A DNA stretch of 64,000 bases, from NCBI RefSeq assembly GCF_963921235.1, contig NC_086108.1:50220001-50284000 (forward strand). Reading direction: 5' to 3'. The notes below the pieces were generated by a model. That model had not been told where the DNA came from. It ran no database searches and saw nothing but the letters and a program-made list of their open reading frames with translations. Below are positions 21,150 through 35,051 of the stretch, one piece after another. The position numbers and the translations under genes were made by a program. The DNA is from Mobula hypostoma (lineage: Eukaryota). Each line of letters opens with the position of its first letter. Position 1 is the first letter of the stretch.

Positions 21150-23520
21150 ACATACACAAGATGCTGGAGGAACTCAGCAGGCCAGGCAGCGTCTGTCACA
21201 TCTGCTCTTAGGATGAGGCTTTTCATTCCAGAACTAATGAGATGTCCTCCTTCTTCCAAGAAAGGGGCTTTCCTTCCTCCAACATCAACTCTGCACTCAA
21301 CCATATCTCTTCCATTTTGCGTCCATCTGCCCTCACCCTCATCCTCCCATCACCCCACCAAGGATAGGGTTCCTCTCGTCCTCACCTACCACCTCACTAG
21401 CTTCTGTGTCGAGTACATAATTCTTCATAACTTCTGCCATCTCCAATGGGATCCAACCACCAAGCACACCTTTCACTCCCCCTCCCCCCCATTTACTGCT
21501 TTCCACGGATATCGCTCCCTACTCGACTTCCTTGTCCATTCGTCCTTCCCCACTGATCTCCCTCCTGGTGCTTATTTTGTAAGTGGAACAAGTGCCACAC
21601 CTGCCCCTACACCTCCTCCCTTACTACCATTCAGGGCTCCAAACAGTCATTCCAGATGAGGCGACACTTCACCTGTAAATCTGTTGGGCTATCTATTCTA
21701 TCTGGTCTCCTGTATATCAGTGAGACCTGACGTAGATTTGAGACTGCTTCGCCAAGCACCTATACTCCATCTGCCAGAAAAAGCAGGATTTCCTGGTGGC
21801 AACACACATAAAAGTTGCTGGTGAACGCAGCAGGCCAGGCAGCATCTCTAGGAAGAGGTACGGTCGACGTTTCAGGCCGAGACCCTCCGTCAGGACTGCA
21901 GATTTCCTCGTGTTCAGTGACTGAAACTTATTTCATCTGATGCTCTATCAAATGTACTATTTGAGGGGGAGGGGGAGATCCAAAATGATAGGAGAAGACA
22001 GGAGGGGGAGGGATGGAGCCAAGAGCTGGACAGTTGATTGGCAAAAGAGATATGAGAGGATCATGGGACAGGAGGCCTAGGGAGAAAGAAAAGGGGGTGG
22101 GGAAGCCCAGAGGATGGGCAAGGGGTATAGTGAGAGGGACAGAGGGAGAAAAAGGAGAGAGAGAAAAGGAATGTGTGTATATAAATAAATAAATAATGGA
22201 TGGGGTACGAGGGGGTGGTAGGGCATTAGCAGAAGTTTGAGAAGTCAATGTTCATGCCATCAGGTTGGAGGCTACCCAGACGGAATATAAGGTGTTGTTC
22301 CTCCAACCTGAGTGTGGCTTCATCTTTACAGTAGAGGCGGCCGTGGATAGACATGTCAGAACGGGAATGGGATGTGGAATTAAAATGTGTGGCCACCGGG
22401 AGATCCTGCTTTCTCTGGTGGACAGAGCGTAGGTGTTCAGCGAAACAATCTCCCAGTCTGCGTCGGGTCTCGCCAATATATAGAAGGCCGCATCGGGAGC
22501 ACCGGACGCAGTATATCACCCCAGCCGACTCACAGGTGAAGTGTCGCCTCACCTGGAAGGACTGTCTGGGGCCCCGAATGGTGGTGAGGGAGGAAGTATA
22601 AGGGCATGTGTAGCACTTGTTCTGCTTACAAGGATAAGTGCCAGGAGGGAGATTGGTGGGGATGGATGGGGGGATGAATGGACAAGGGAGTCGCGTAGGG
22701 AGCGATCCCTGCGGAAAGCAGGGGGGGGATAGGGAAAGATGTGCTTAGTGGTGGGATCCCGTTGGAGGTGGCGGAAGTTACGGAGAATTATATGTTGGAC
22801 CCGGAGGCTGGTGGGGTAGTAGGTGAGGACAAGGGGAACCCTATTCCTAGTGGGTTGGCGGAAGGATGGAGTGAGAGCAGATGTGCGTGAAATGGGGGAG
22901 ATGCATTTGAGAGCAGAGTTGATGGTGGATTCCTGGTGGCAAACCATTTCAATTCTACTTCCCATTCCAACATGTCAATCCAAGGCCTCCACTCCTGTCA
23001 TGATGAGGCCACACTCAGGTTGGAGGAGCAGCACCTTATATTCCATCTGGGTGGCCTCCAACCTAATGGCATGAATATCGATTTCTTGAACATCCAGTAA
23101 TTGTCCGCCCCCTCCTTCACCTTCCCCATTTCCACTCTCCTATCTCACCTTATCTCCTTACCTGACCATCATTTCCCTTGGGTGCTTCTCCCCCTTCCAG
23201 TTCTTCCATAGTCTTTTGTCCTCTCCTATCAGATCCCACCTTCTCTAGCCCTTTATCTCTTTTACCAGTCAACTTCCTAGCTCTTTACTTCACCCCTCCT
23301 CCCCGCCCCCCCCCCGGTTTCATCTATCACCTACCACCTTGTACTTCTTCCTCCCCTCCTCCCACCTTCCTACTCATCTTCTTTTCTTCAGTCCTGGTGA
23401 AGGTTCTCGGCCCCAAACATCGTTTACTCTTTTCCACAGATGCTGTCTGGCCTGCTGCGTTCCTCCAGTATTTTGTGTGTGTTGCTTGGTTTTCCAGCAT
23501 CTGCAGATTTTCTCGTGTTT
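21150..23520 (+). mobile_element. Older Penelope-like element (RT end plus GIY-YIG, degenerate), host of a nested insertion
   Basis: KDRVPLVLTYH motif, short inverted pLTR at ~21151-21195 and 3' pLTR to ~23520. The GIY-YIG region resumes at 22930. Confidence 0.8.
21803..22929 (-). mobile_element. Younger 5'-truncated Penelope nested antisense within the older Penelope
   Basis: GIY-YIG ORF 22226-22552 is very similar to 4882-5208. TSD TTCCTGGTGGCAA at 21790-21802 and 22930-22942. Hammerhead variant at 21861-21898. Confidence 0.85.
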
Positions 23521-25439
23521 GATGGACTAGTTAATAGACGTTTGAAGCAAAAAGTGTCAATGGAAATAGTGTACTCACTGAACACTGCACTGAAGTGCCA
23601 GTCTTAATTTTTCCGCTCAGATCTCCTGAGTGGGATTTTACAATGAAATTTTTGGCTTACAGGAAAGAATGCTATCAACTGAATGCATCCCCTCCCTGCT
23701 ACAGTTTAACTGCTGCTCATGTGGTTGTTATTGCTCCTGGCCCTAAGCCAGAATGTTAATTGTAAAATCTCACTCCAAAAATCTGAGCACCAAAATTTTC
23801 AGTGAACTGTTGGATGTGCTACCTTACAGTTGAGCCCTTTTGCTTTCAGTCAAATGACTACTAACATTATGCCATTTTGAAGAGGAGGAGAAGAGTTATC
23901 CCAGTGCCCTGGCCAATGTAATGACCACATTCCTGTTTGGGGGAAACTTGTGTACCGATTTGCTGCTGTTGCCTTTGTTATATTAACTACATCACCTGCA
24001 AAGTGCTTTGTAGTGTTCAGAAGTGCAAAATAATTTGAGCAATCTTACCCAAATCCTTCTGCAGATTTTTGTGCCACCACCATAGCCATAATAATTAAAC
24101 ATCACCAGGTAACATGGTTAGCAGTTTATAAAAACAATCAATATGTTGTGTTCCAATCAGTAATCTGTTTTTAACTTTGTTTTAAGGATATTTATTAATT
24201 GTTTACAAGATGAAATTATCGAACTAGAAAAAGTTAATTCGGAGTTATTTCCCAAAAGGACACTGAAGATTTGTAATACAGTATTGGACTTTAAGTAATT
24301 CTCTTTCAGTGTGGTCGGAGGCAGTTGATATCTTACTGTTTGGAATCAAGGTTCAGTAGATATTTGAGATTTCACCCACGATGATTTACCAGCTTTCACT
24401 GTGAGACAGTGAGCCTTCCCTAGTTTCTGATCAATGCTAGAGATACAGCATTACAAATTAGAATGTATGAAATGCAGATTAAGTTGCGTCAGATTTTCCT
24501 TCAGATGCATTGTTGTACTTCCTAAGCCCCTCTCCCAGCCTCAGAATTCATTATTCACCAAACTCAGACTCATTTCAGAGAAATCCAAGTATTTTTGTTA
24601 CAATTACATCCATCCAATCTTCTCTGTATGGCACAAGGCAGTATGTATAGACTTACAACATTGTTCTACAATTTCAGAACTTTGCTGAAATCAATTAAGA
24701 GGTTGAGCCTGTGTCATTGCTGGAGAAAAAAAAAGTACAGCAGCTGGTCCACGCTTGAAAAGACAGAAAAGACCAGTGTTTCAAGCAAAGGCACTTCCTT
24801 CCTGTATACTGCTATGTAGTAGAAACTTATTTTGGTTTCTTCTGTTTGGTTTTCTTTCATGTTGCCCCATCACTTTTGCATTCTGCAATTTTCTAATAAG
24901 TCAGTTCTTAGATTTCAAAGTATGTTTTCACTCCTTGTGGTGCAACTGGTCATGCTGGAAATGAGTGTGTGGATGGTTGAATGAGGCCATCCACTGTACA
25001 GTTACTGACATTTATATAGGAACAAGAAAAGGGAACTCTCGCCTCTTTCTCAAATAGAAAGAATTGACCTTCCTGTCAAGACACCCTTCCCGGGGGGGAG
25101 TTCCAGTTCACTTCTGCAATCATTTCATTTTAACCTCCGTAAACGTTTTGATTTTCACTCAGTACTTCAAGTTACAGACCTCTCAACACAATTCTGTAAG
25201 AACCAGTGACCTGGAGTTCCATTCTACACGTGCTGCCTGACCCTGGAGAAATACTCCAGCAGCTTATTTCTTTGTTTTCACTTCTAGCATTGAACAATTC
25301 ACCTAGAATACTTCGGAAAAAAATAAATAATTGAATTTAGTATTACAGACCATAAATGGCTGAAGCTGTTCAATACTCAGTGGCTTGAACTGAGCGTGAG
25401 GGTGGTTTACTCACAGGTTCTTAAATAATGTATTAAGAT

Positions 25440-26285
25440 CATAAGACAATGAGACATAGGAGCAAAATTAGGCCATTCAGCCCATCAAGTCTGCTCCAAA
25501 ATTCCATCATGGCTGATTTATTATCCCTCTCAACCCCATTACCTGCCTTCCCCCTGTAACTTTTAACACCTGATTAATCAGGGATCTTTCAACATCTGCC
25601 TTAAATATACCCAATGATTTGGCCTCCACAGCTGTCTGTGGTGATAAATTCTACAGATTCACCATCCTTCGGCTAAAGAATTTTTTTCCTAATCTCTATT
25701 CTAACTGAATCTGTTCTGAGGCTGTACCCTGTGGTCCTAGACTCACCCACAAAAATAAACATCCTCTCCACATCCACTCTATCTAGGCCTTTCAATATTT
25801 GATAGGTTTCAAAGAGGTCCCCACTCAATTTTCTGAACTCTAGCGAGTACAGATCTAGAGCCATCAAACGCTCCCATGTTAACCCTTCCATGCCTGGGAA
25901 AATTCTCATGAACCTCCTCTGGATCCTTTCCAATGCCAGCATATCTTTTTTTTAGATGAGAGACCCAAAACTGCTCACAATATTCAAGTTTGGTCTGACC
26001 AATGCGTTATAAAGCCTCAGCATTAATTTCTTGCTCTTAGTCCTCTTGAAATTTATGCTAACATTGCATTTGTCTTCATTACCTCCAATTCAAACTGCAA
26101 GTTAACCTTTAGGAAATCCTGCACGGGGACCTTTGCACCTTTGATTTTTGAATTTTCCTACCATTTAGAAAATAATCAACGCCTTTAATCCTTCTACCAA
26201 AGTGCACGATCGTACTCTTTCCTACACTGTATTCCATCTGCCACTTCTTTGCCCATTCTCCCAATCTGCAAGTTCTTCTGCATAC
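25440..26285 (-). mobile_element. Degraded CR1 3' fragment
   Basis: LERIQRRF...LYSLEFRKLSGDLFETYQILKG, plus a 3' tail (ATAAGAC on the plus strand). Confidence 0.75.
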
Positions 26286-27838
26286 AAATTTTAAAGTAAA
26301 TTTATATCAAAGTACACATGTCACCATATACAACCCTGAGATTCATTTACTTGCAGGCAAACTCAATAAATCCATAATGGAATAATAACCATAACAGAAT
26401 CAAGAAAAGACTGCACAAACTTGGGCATTCAACTAGTGTGAAAATACAACAACCTGCATACATACAAACAGAAAGAAATAATAATAAATAAATAAGCAAT
26501 AAATATCAGGAACACGTGGGCCATATCCACTACTTTTTGTAGGATTTTCCACTCAAGGGCATTGGTATTTCCATACCAGGCTGTGATGCAGCCAGTCATT
26601 TTTTGTGGCCTTCTGTCTCATTCACCAATCCACTTCCCAGCTCTTTACCTCATCCCTCCCCCTCCAGGTTTCACCTATCACCCCTCTGCCCACTTTTTAA
26701 CTCTACTCCTCAGCTTTTTTTTCTCCAGCCCCACCAAAGGGTTTCGGCCTGAAACGTCGACTGTACGCTTTTCCATAGGTGCTGGCCTGTTGAGTTCCTC
26801 CAGCATTTTGTGTGTCTTGCTTGATTTCCAGCATCTGCAGATTTTCTCTTGTTTGTACTTGAAACATTTGTAGTTTTCAGATACAGTTTTAGCCTTAGCA
26901 TGGTAAATATGACTAAATAAAAAATGGCAAAGAATTGGTTCAATTTATTTTCTTCCCCAGAGTATTGTCATCTAAGCCAGCTGGCATAGGTTTAAAGAAA
27001 GAGCACAGGAAATATTTTCACATACACGATGGCAGGCGTATGGAAGGAGCTGCCGGAGGGAGTGGTAGATGTGGGTACAATTATGACATTTCAAAGGCAT
27101 TTGTAGTTATTTGGATGGGAAAAACAGAAAGATATGGGGCAAGTGTAGGCAGATGGGATAACCTCAGTTAGGTAACTTGTTCAAGTCAGGATGAAGGGTC
27201 TGTTTCTGTGCACTAATGGTATTTTAGTGTCCAGTTAAACGTGCATAAATCTTTTGACCATATTATAGTAAGTACATGACAACACTTGGAGAGCTATACT
27301 AGCACTGCCAGGGAACAGGGACACAAGCTAGGTTGTTTCCTTAGACAAGGCAGGAATAGGGACGATTTGAACTTAAAACACTAGAGTCTAGGACACGGCA
27401 AACAGGAAACACCCATTTCCTTTAGCCAAGATGCCACCTAAGGGCACTGATTTTAGTGACAGGTAGAAAGATTAAAAGGGATTCCAATCCCGCTACTTGC
27501 CCCACCAACAGTGAAGGTGTGAAAGGGTGGTTGAAGGTGATTCATACCCAGAGTGCATTGAGGAAGTGTGACTGCCTAAACCCAGGTGAAGGGATTAGTC
27601 CAAATTTCTTTTAATTACCTAAAGACAGGAGCTGAATGCATTTCATTCCCTTAAGTTTTGTTATATATATTTAAAATCAACAAATCATTCAACAGAAATT
27701 ACATGTTACAAAACAGATGTGTTTTTAAAGGATGGGGGAGCTGAACAGTCTATTGTAAAAAGGGGGAGATCAGTAAGATTCATTATTACAAATTTTGATC
27801 ACATTGTTGAAGTATATCGTTTAACAATGGTATGGAAA

Positions 27839-30800
27839 AGTGAAACAACATAGTGCCACGTGGGTGGCTAAAAGTGGGGAAATGTATAGACCGTAATGGG
27901 GGACCGGAATGATAGAGCGGAGGAAGGGGAAAACAGAAATAAATCTAAGATAGTGAGCAGTAAAGATGTCAGGAAAGACAGGCAGGTGCTGGGGCAAGTG
28001 TGTAGCCATTGGGATGAGTTGCAGTGCAAAAAAGTTGCAGTGAAATCAAAGCCAAAAGTACCAAATACTGGTCTTAAGGTGTTGTACTTAACTGCACGCA
28101 GCATAAGCAATAAGGTGGATGATCTTGTTGTACAGCTACAGGTTGGCAGGTATGATATTATGGCCATCACTGAGATGTGGGTAAAGGATGCATGTCTCTG
28201 GGAGCTGAACGTCCAAGGATACACGGTGTATCTGAAGGATAGGAAGGTAGGCAGACGGGGAGGCGTGGCATTATTAGTAAGAAATGATATTAAATCATTA
28301 GAAAGAGGTGACATAGGATTGGAAGGTGCAGAATCTTTATGGGTTGAGCTAAGAAATAGCAGGGGTAAAAGGACCCTGATGGCAGTTATTTATAGTCCTC
28401 CAAACAGCTGCAGGGATGTGGACTACAAATTACAACTGGAAATGGAAAAGGCTTGTCAGAAGGGCAGTGTTATGATAATTGTAGGGGATTTTAACATGCG
28501 AGTAGATTGGAAAAATCAGGTCGGCACTGGATCTCAAGAGAGAGAATTTGTAGAATGTTTGCGGGATGGCTTTTTAGAACAGCTTGTTGTTGAGCCCACT
28601 AGGGGATCGGCTGTACTGGATTGGGTATTGTGTAATGAACCGGAGGTGATTGGAGAGATTGAGGTGAAGGAACCCTTAGGAGGCAGTGATCATAACATGA
28701 TTGAGTTCACTGTGAAATTAGAAAAAGGGAAGCCGAAATCTGATGTGTCGGTGTTTCAGTGGAGTAAAGGAAACTACAGTGGCATGAGAGAGGAACTGGC
28801 TAAAGTTGACTGGAAAGAGACACTGGCGGGAAAGACGGCAGAGCAGCAGTGGCTGGAGTTTATGCGAGAAATGAGGAATGTGCAAGACAGGTATATTCCA
28901 AAAAAGAAGAAATTTTCGAGTGGAAAAAGGATGCAACCGTGGTTGACAAGAGAAGTCAAAGCCAAAGTTAAAGCTAAGGAGAGGGCATACAAGGAAGCAA
29001 AAATTAGTGGGAAGACAGAGAATTGGGAAGTCTTTAAAACCTTACAAAAGGAAACCAAGAAGGTCATTAAGAGAGAAAAGATTAACTATGAAAGGAAACT
29101 AGCAAATAATATCGAAGAGGATACTAAAAGCTTTTTCAAGTATATAAAGAGTAAAAGACAGATGAGAATAGATATAGGACCGATAGAAAATGATACTGGA
29201 GAAATTGTAATGGGAGATGAGGAGATGGCAGAGGAACTGAACAAGTATTTTGCATCAGTCTTCACTGAGGAAGACATCAGCAGTATTCCAGACACTCAAG
29301 GGTGGCAGGGAAAAGTGTGCGTGGTCACAATTACGATAGAGAAAGTACTCAGGAAGCTGAATAGGCTAAAGGTCGATAAATCTCCTGGACCAGATGGAAT
29401 GCACTCTTGTGTTCTGAAGGAAGTAGCTGTGGAGATTGCGGAGGCATTAACGATGATCTTTCAAAAGTCGATAGATTCTGGCATGGTTCCGGAGGACTGG
29501 AAGATTGAAAATGTCACTCCGCTATTTAAGAAGGGGGCAAGGAAGCAAAAAGGAAATTATAGACCTGTTAGCTTGACGTCGGTGGTTGGGAAGTTGTTGG
29601 AGTCGATTGTCAAGGATGAGGTTACAGAGTACCTGGAGGCATATGACAAGATGGGCAGAATTCAGCATGGATTCCTTAAAGGAAAATCCTGCCTGACAAA
29701 CCTATTACAATTTTTTGAGGAAATTACCAGTAGGCTATACAAGGGAGATGCAGTGGATGTTGTATATTTGGATTTTCAGAAGGCCTTTGACAAGGTGCCA
29801 CACATGAGGCTGCTTAACAAGATAAGAGCCCATGGAATTACAGGAAAGTTACATATGTGGATAGAGCGTTGACTGATTGGCAGGAAACAGAGAGTGGGAA
29901 TAAAGGGATCCTATTCTGGTTGGCTGCCTGTTACCAGTGGTGTTCCACAGGGATCAGTGTTGGGGCCGCTTCTTTTTACATTGTACATCAACGATTTGGA
30001 TTATGGAATAGATGGCTTTGTGGCTAAGTTTGCTGACGATATGAAGATAGGTGGAGGGGCCGGTAGTGCTGAGGAAACGGAGAGTCTGCAGAGAGACTTG
30101 GATAGATTGGAAGAATGGGCAGAGAAGTGGCAAATGAAGTACAATGTTGGAAAGTGTATGGTTATGCACTTTGGCAGAAAAAATAAATGGGCAGACTATT
30201 ATTTAAATGGGGAAAGAATTCAAAGTTCTGAGATGCAACAGGACTTGGGAGTCCTCGTACAGGATTCCCTTAAAGTTAACCTCCAGGTTGAGTCGGTAGT
30301 GAAGAAGGCGAATGCAATGTTGGCATTCATTTCTAGAGGAATAGAGTTTTGGAGCAGGGATGTGATGTTGAGGCTCTATAAGGCGCTGGTGAGACCTCAC
30401 TTGGAGTACTGTGGGCAGTTTTGGTCTCCTTATTTAAGAAAGGATGTGCTGATGTTGGAGAGGGTACAGAGAAGATTCACTAGAATGATTCCGGGAATGA
30501 GAGGGTTAACATATGAGGAACGTTTGTCCGCTCTCGGACTGTATTCCTTAGAGTTTAGAAGAATGAGGGGAGACATAGAAACATTTCAAATGTTAAAAGG
30601 CATGGACAGAGTGGATGTGGCAAAGTTGTTTCCCATGATGGGGGAGTCTAGTATGAGAGGGCATGACTTCAGAATTGAAGGGCGCCCTTTCAGAACAGAA
30701 ATACTAAAGAATTTTTTTTAGTCAGAGGGTGGTGAATCTATAGAATTTGTTGCCACGGGCAGCAGTGGAGGCCAAGTCATTGGATGTCTTTAAGGCAGAG

Positions 30801-30960
30801 ATTGATAGGTATCTGAGTAGCCAGGGCATCAAAGGTTATGGTGAGAAGGCAGGGCAGTGGGACTAAATAGGATAAAATGGATCAGCTCATGATAAAATGG
30901 CGGAGCAGACTCGATGGGCCGAATGGCCTACTTCTGCTCCTTTGTCTTATGGTCTATGGT
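27839..30960 (+). mobile_element. 5'-truncated CR1 LINE (different subfamily), ORF2 disabled
   Basis: EN-RT ORF 27896-29872 ends at a TGA in a conserved Trp position and continues in frame to FADD, with indels near 30570 and 30718. 3' stem-loop and TATGGT tail present. Tentative TSD ATGGAAA at 27832-27838 and 30962-30968. Confidence 0.9.
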
Positions 30961-33900
30961 AATGGAAACATCTGTAAAGGATTGACAGACAATGAGTGGT
31001 TTATTGTACAATTTTATTTTTGAATAAAGTATATTTTGGTGAAATAAAAAAAATTGTTGAACTGTGTTGTAAAATGATTCACAATACAAGGGGTGTCATC
31101 TGTAAAACCTCCAGGTTTAGGGCTAAGATTATTTAACACTTTTTATATCTAACATAAAGTCAATGAACCTGGCATGCCACGCAAGGTACCCAGAGAGCTC
31201 TTTTGCCACAGTATCCCTGCAAGAATACCAAAAACCGCAATACATATCCACTAACAGTGAGCACTGGCTTTCAGAAGTTTGCACTCGCTGTGTTCCTTAA
31301 TGTGCTAGGGCTCCTTCCCTCGCACTGTGGTGAAATAATTTCTCGAACATCATTCAAGTGTTAAGGAAGTAACAAATGTGCCCAGTGGAAAAAGCAATCT
31401 GAATTCTGAGTCATTGAGTGTGTTCAGTTGAAGTTTAAGAAGTATTTTAAGCAACCAAATAATTTAGAGACTACTGGCAACACGACCACTATGTAAAATA
31501 TAATAATTGGTGAAATTATCGATTGGAGATTTGGAAATGTTAAACATTATTAAATATAAACTGCACACAAAAATGCAACTTGGAGCCGTAGTGTAGTACA
31601 TTGGGTGAAATCCAAGCAGTTGTAGAATTGACAAACCTCGATCCCAAAATATTCCCCAACACCTCATTATTTTACCCTTTGCATTAACAGCCCTCTAACG
31701 ACGTTTTCCATCAGCCTACTTAGTTCCTTTTCATTCCTGCACAGAAACACCAAGAGCCTGCAAAACACTCACTGTGATGACTAAGTAAACTAATTTGTAA
31801 ATCCCAACTCACATTAACTGCCTTCATCGCTCAGCTGCCAACAATTTAACTTCAACTCTTATTCAAATGATGCAAGGGAGATCACTGCACTCCCTTCACG
31901 TTTGGGGAGCAGATACAACAGAGCAACTTGATGGCTGTGTTGATTTTTTCCAAATACTGAGAATCACTTAATGCAGCCTCATAGCAAACAAGCTACAGAA
32001 TTGAAGAGACAAATACAAAGCAAAACTGACAAATCTTAAGCAATAGAATGTATTCAGCTTAAGAATACTTCTCCCTACACTGAAAATTTTAAAAGTCAGT
32101 GTTAATTACAATTAAAGCAAACACCTTTCAGAAAATGATTTTTGATCCTGTTGTACACTGGACTGTGATATTAGTTACAAGCTTTAAGTGCAGATTTAGT
32201 GCCCTCACTATTACCTTAGGAATCTGCCCTATGATTAATCAAACACAAGATCCTAAGCAATAGCAACAGTTCCTCTATAATCAAAGTCTCATCCCCAACT
32301 ACCTGGAGGCAGCTGGGTTGAGAGTGAAACAATCATCCATCTATTTGTTTTTGTTTTGTTTGCAGAAAAGATCCAGAAGAGGATGCAAGGATCCTTATGA
32401 GGTTCTTCCCAAGCAGCTGTGTAATACAGCAGTCTCTAATCTATGGGAGGCATACCACAAAAAACATCAAGTGGTGCTGAAAGGTCATCTCTGTGAAAGA
32501 CACACTTCAGTCTGCTTGAAACTTGTTCGTCTTCTGGTCTGCAGGAGAAAATGCTAAAGAACACACCGAAGCTTGGGATGGGGAAGGACTGAAATTTTAG
32601 GTCCAGTCACTGATGGTTACTGGGGAGCTAGGTCCAATATAACAAATATTTAAAGGGTATATTGTTCAAAAAGGCCATGGATGGCATTGGGGCCTAGAAT
32701 GTATCAATTTGACAATATTAGGAACATAATGCATACTGGTTTGATATCAGAAATCCATTAATGAACTCAACAAATGAGCCTCCATAGACTTCCAGAGTAA
32801 AGAGTTCCAAAAATCAACCAGAGCTCAGACCCACATGATGATATTAATGTTGAGAAATTCATTGACACCCATTAACAAAGACATTAACTAGCTCAGGAGG
32901 TTGAAGTAATCTACACCTCTGATGATATTCCTGTGAAAGGAATAATAGTTTGCAGGTTCAAGATTCATTCTGAGGATCTAATCTCAGTCACTGCTCTACA
33001 ATGAGAATTTAGAAATCTGACAAGGCTTTGTGGTCTGCTCAAGAGTGGCACTGACTTAAATCTGCAATCAGGTCATTATTACTTGAAATTTATCTCTGAT
33101 CCAGGCAGTATAAAAGAGCTCTGATGAAAGATTATCCAACTGGATTATTAGCTCTACTTTCATGCTGCACAGATGCTGTCTGACCTGTTGAGCATTTCCA
33201 GCATTATAACGTTTATTTCGGGATTTTGATATTTGGTATCTTGCCTTTCATTCAATGTAAAAGAGAACTGAACTTCAGATTTCAGGTAAACTGTGTGTAT
33301 TGGTAGTTCTTATTTCTTAGCATGTAATAACAAATTACAATCGTAGTTTAGCAACTTTTTATTATCTTAATAAAAGCAATAAAAATCTTGGGGCAATGTG
33401 ATTAAAGTAATACTTACAACTACAACAGCAATTGCTCAAACTTGAAATACTGATCACACTTAATTCATGTTTCAGGCATAGAAAATTGTGGCTGAGTTAT
33501 CAAACATTTTGTTCACAATGATTAGGCTTCATAATCCAATAATTTTGCATATTTTCTTTTTACAAGAGATATGAAGAATACTTAACTCTTGTTCTTTTTT
33601 TTTACAACATTTAAATAGTCAAAGTGAAACAGATTGTCTGCTAGGACTTAGACAACCATCACAGCCATTAATAGGTCTTTGATATTTATAAATGTGCTAA
33701 AATGAAACTTAGCTTACTCTTGAGTAAACGTGCCCTAACAGAATGTATTCAGCACTCCTTTATGTTCAGAAATACGAAGGGGGAGGTAGGAGAACTCAGC
33801 TTCCTTGCTAAAGGCACGAACTTGATCTACAAGTAGGGCAGTTGATCCATTTTCACCGTTTTATTGTGAATTCAAGATTAAGTGATTTGCTATAAAAAGA

Positions 33901-34120
33901 AAAATTAATTTCACCATCAGCTGAAAGCACCACTTTGAAATAACTAATTGGAATTAGAAAACATGGTACAAAGCAAATGGACATTGGCCATGAGGTTTTG
34001 TGCCTTCTGTGAACTTACTGCTCTCTGTTATGAACAACAAATCCAAATACTATTTCTGCTACTTTTAAAACAGTGCAAACATTGTATTTATATTTCATTT
34101 TCAAGGAGTAATTTGAAAGC

Positions 34121-34126
34121 TTTATT
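34121..34126 (-). terminator. Candidate ARPC5 polyadenylation signal (alternatives at 33860 and ~33358)
   Basis: AATAAA on the minus strand ~860 nt past the stop, in repeat-free AT-rich 3' UTR-like DNA. Confidence 0.4.
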
Positions 34127-34988
34127 GAGATCATTCAAAACCAGTATTTAGTCAGTCATGTCTGCAAACCTTTGATAGCTGACACAATGGAAAATTGTGA
34201 CTGACTACATTTTTGTAAATCCTACAGATGCTAAAACTGTCTGAAATGTGTTCAGTTCAGACATCTATTGTACAGTTTTTAGTTTTAAATGATTTTTTTC
34301 CCCAGAAAGGTGAAACATGTTACACTGCACCTACACATTGACAGCAGTCGATCATTGCCAAGGCCTCTTTATAACGGAATCACTCCTCATGCCAGGAATG
34401 ATTATAAACAAATGAATTAATCCCAGAACACCAAAGCCACACAATTTATCATTACCTTTACCAATTGAGGCATGATTTCAAACATAAGTCTTTCTGGTGA
34501 TTCTATATGTTCAGCTTCTATCACTCAGCTAAATACCCAGCTTCAAATTTGAAATGCCCATGATTAGTTGTATGTGTGTCTAACTATTGCTGAATGGATT
34601 AAGTTTGAGTCAACGGATTCACTGTCTGGATAGCACATTCATACTCTGTACCTTTGTTTAATTAAACATTTAAAATAAAAAATCATTTCTGCAAAAAGAA
34701 AAAATCTCCAATTTCTCAAATACCTCTACACTTTGAATAAAACTGGGCTTTTGAAATGTTCCTGCATGGCTACAAAGTTTGGACTAAATACTGAGCTTAT
34801 AAAACCAGTTTGGACTGCACCTAAGATTTTGGTTAACAGACAAACAAATTGAGCTAAGATATACAACCTCCTCATAAAAAGCAAGCCAAAACAAAAAAAA
34901 AATGACTCCAGTGTTGCACAAACTGGTTCTTTTGGTCTCTGCACCAGCAATTCCTCTGTACCAGACAGGTAATCTTGATCCCATGGTT

Positions 34989-35051
34989 TTAAACAGTTTT
35001 TCTTGCTGTTAGAACTCGGACTACAGATCCCACTCCTCCAACTGCTAACAC
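34989..35051 (-). CDS. ARPC5: ARPC5 exon 4 (VLAVGGVGSVVRVLTARKTV-stop)
   Basis: ttttctAG acceptor and the conserved ARPC5 C-terminus RVLTARKTV. Confidence 0.95.
   Translation of the reverse strand: MLAVGGVGSVVRVLTARKTV

Larger units (their letters stand above)
20990..24025. mobile_element. DeuSINE-like remnants: a minus copy split into ~20990-21145 and ~23525-23680 by Penelope, and a plus copy at ~23730-24025
   Basis: Recognisable Deu-domain-like words (TTTGAAGAGGAG...CCCAGTGCCCTGGCCAAT; reverse ATGTTGGCCAGGACAC; CACTGCACTGAAGTGCCAG). Confidence 0.5.
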
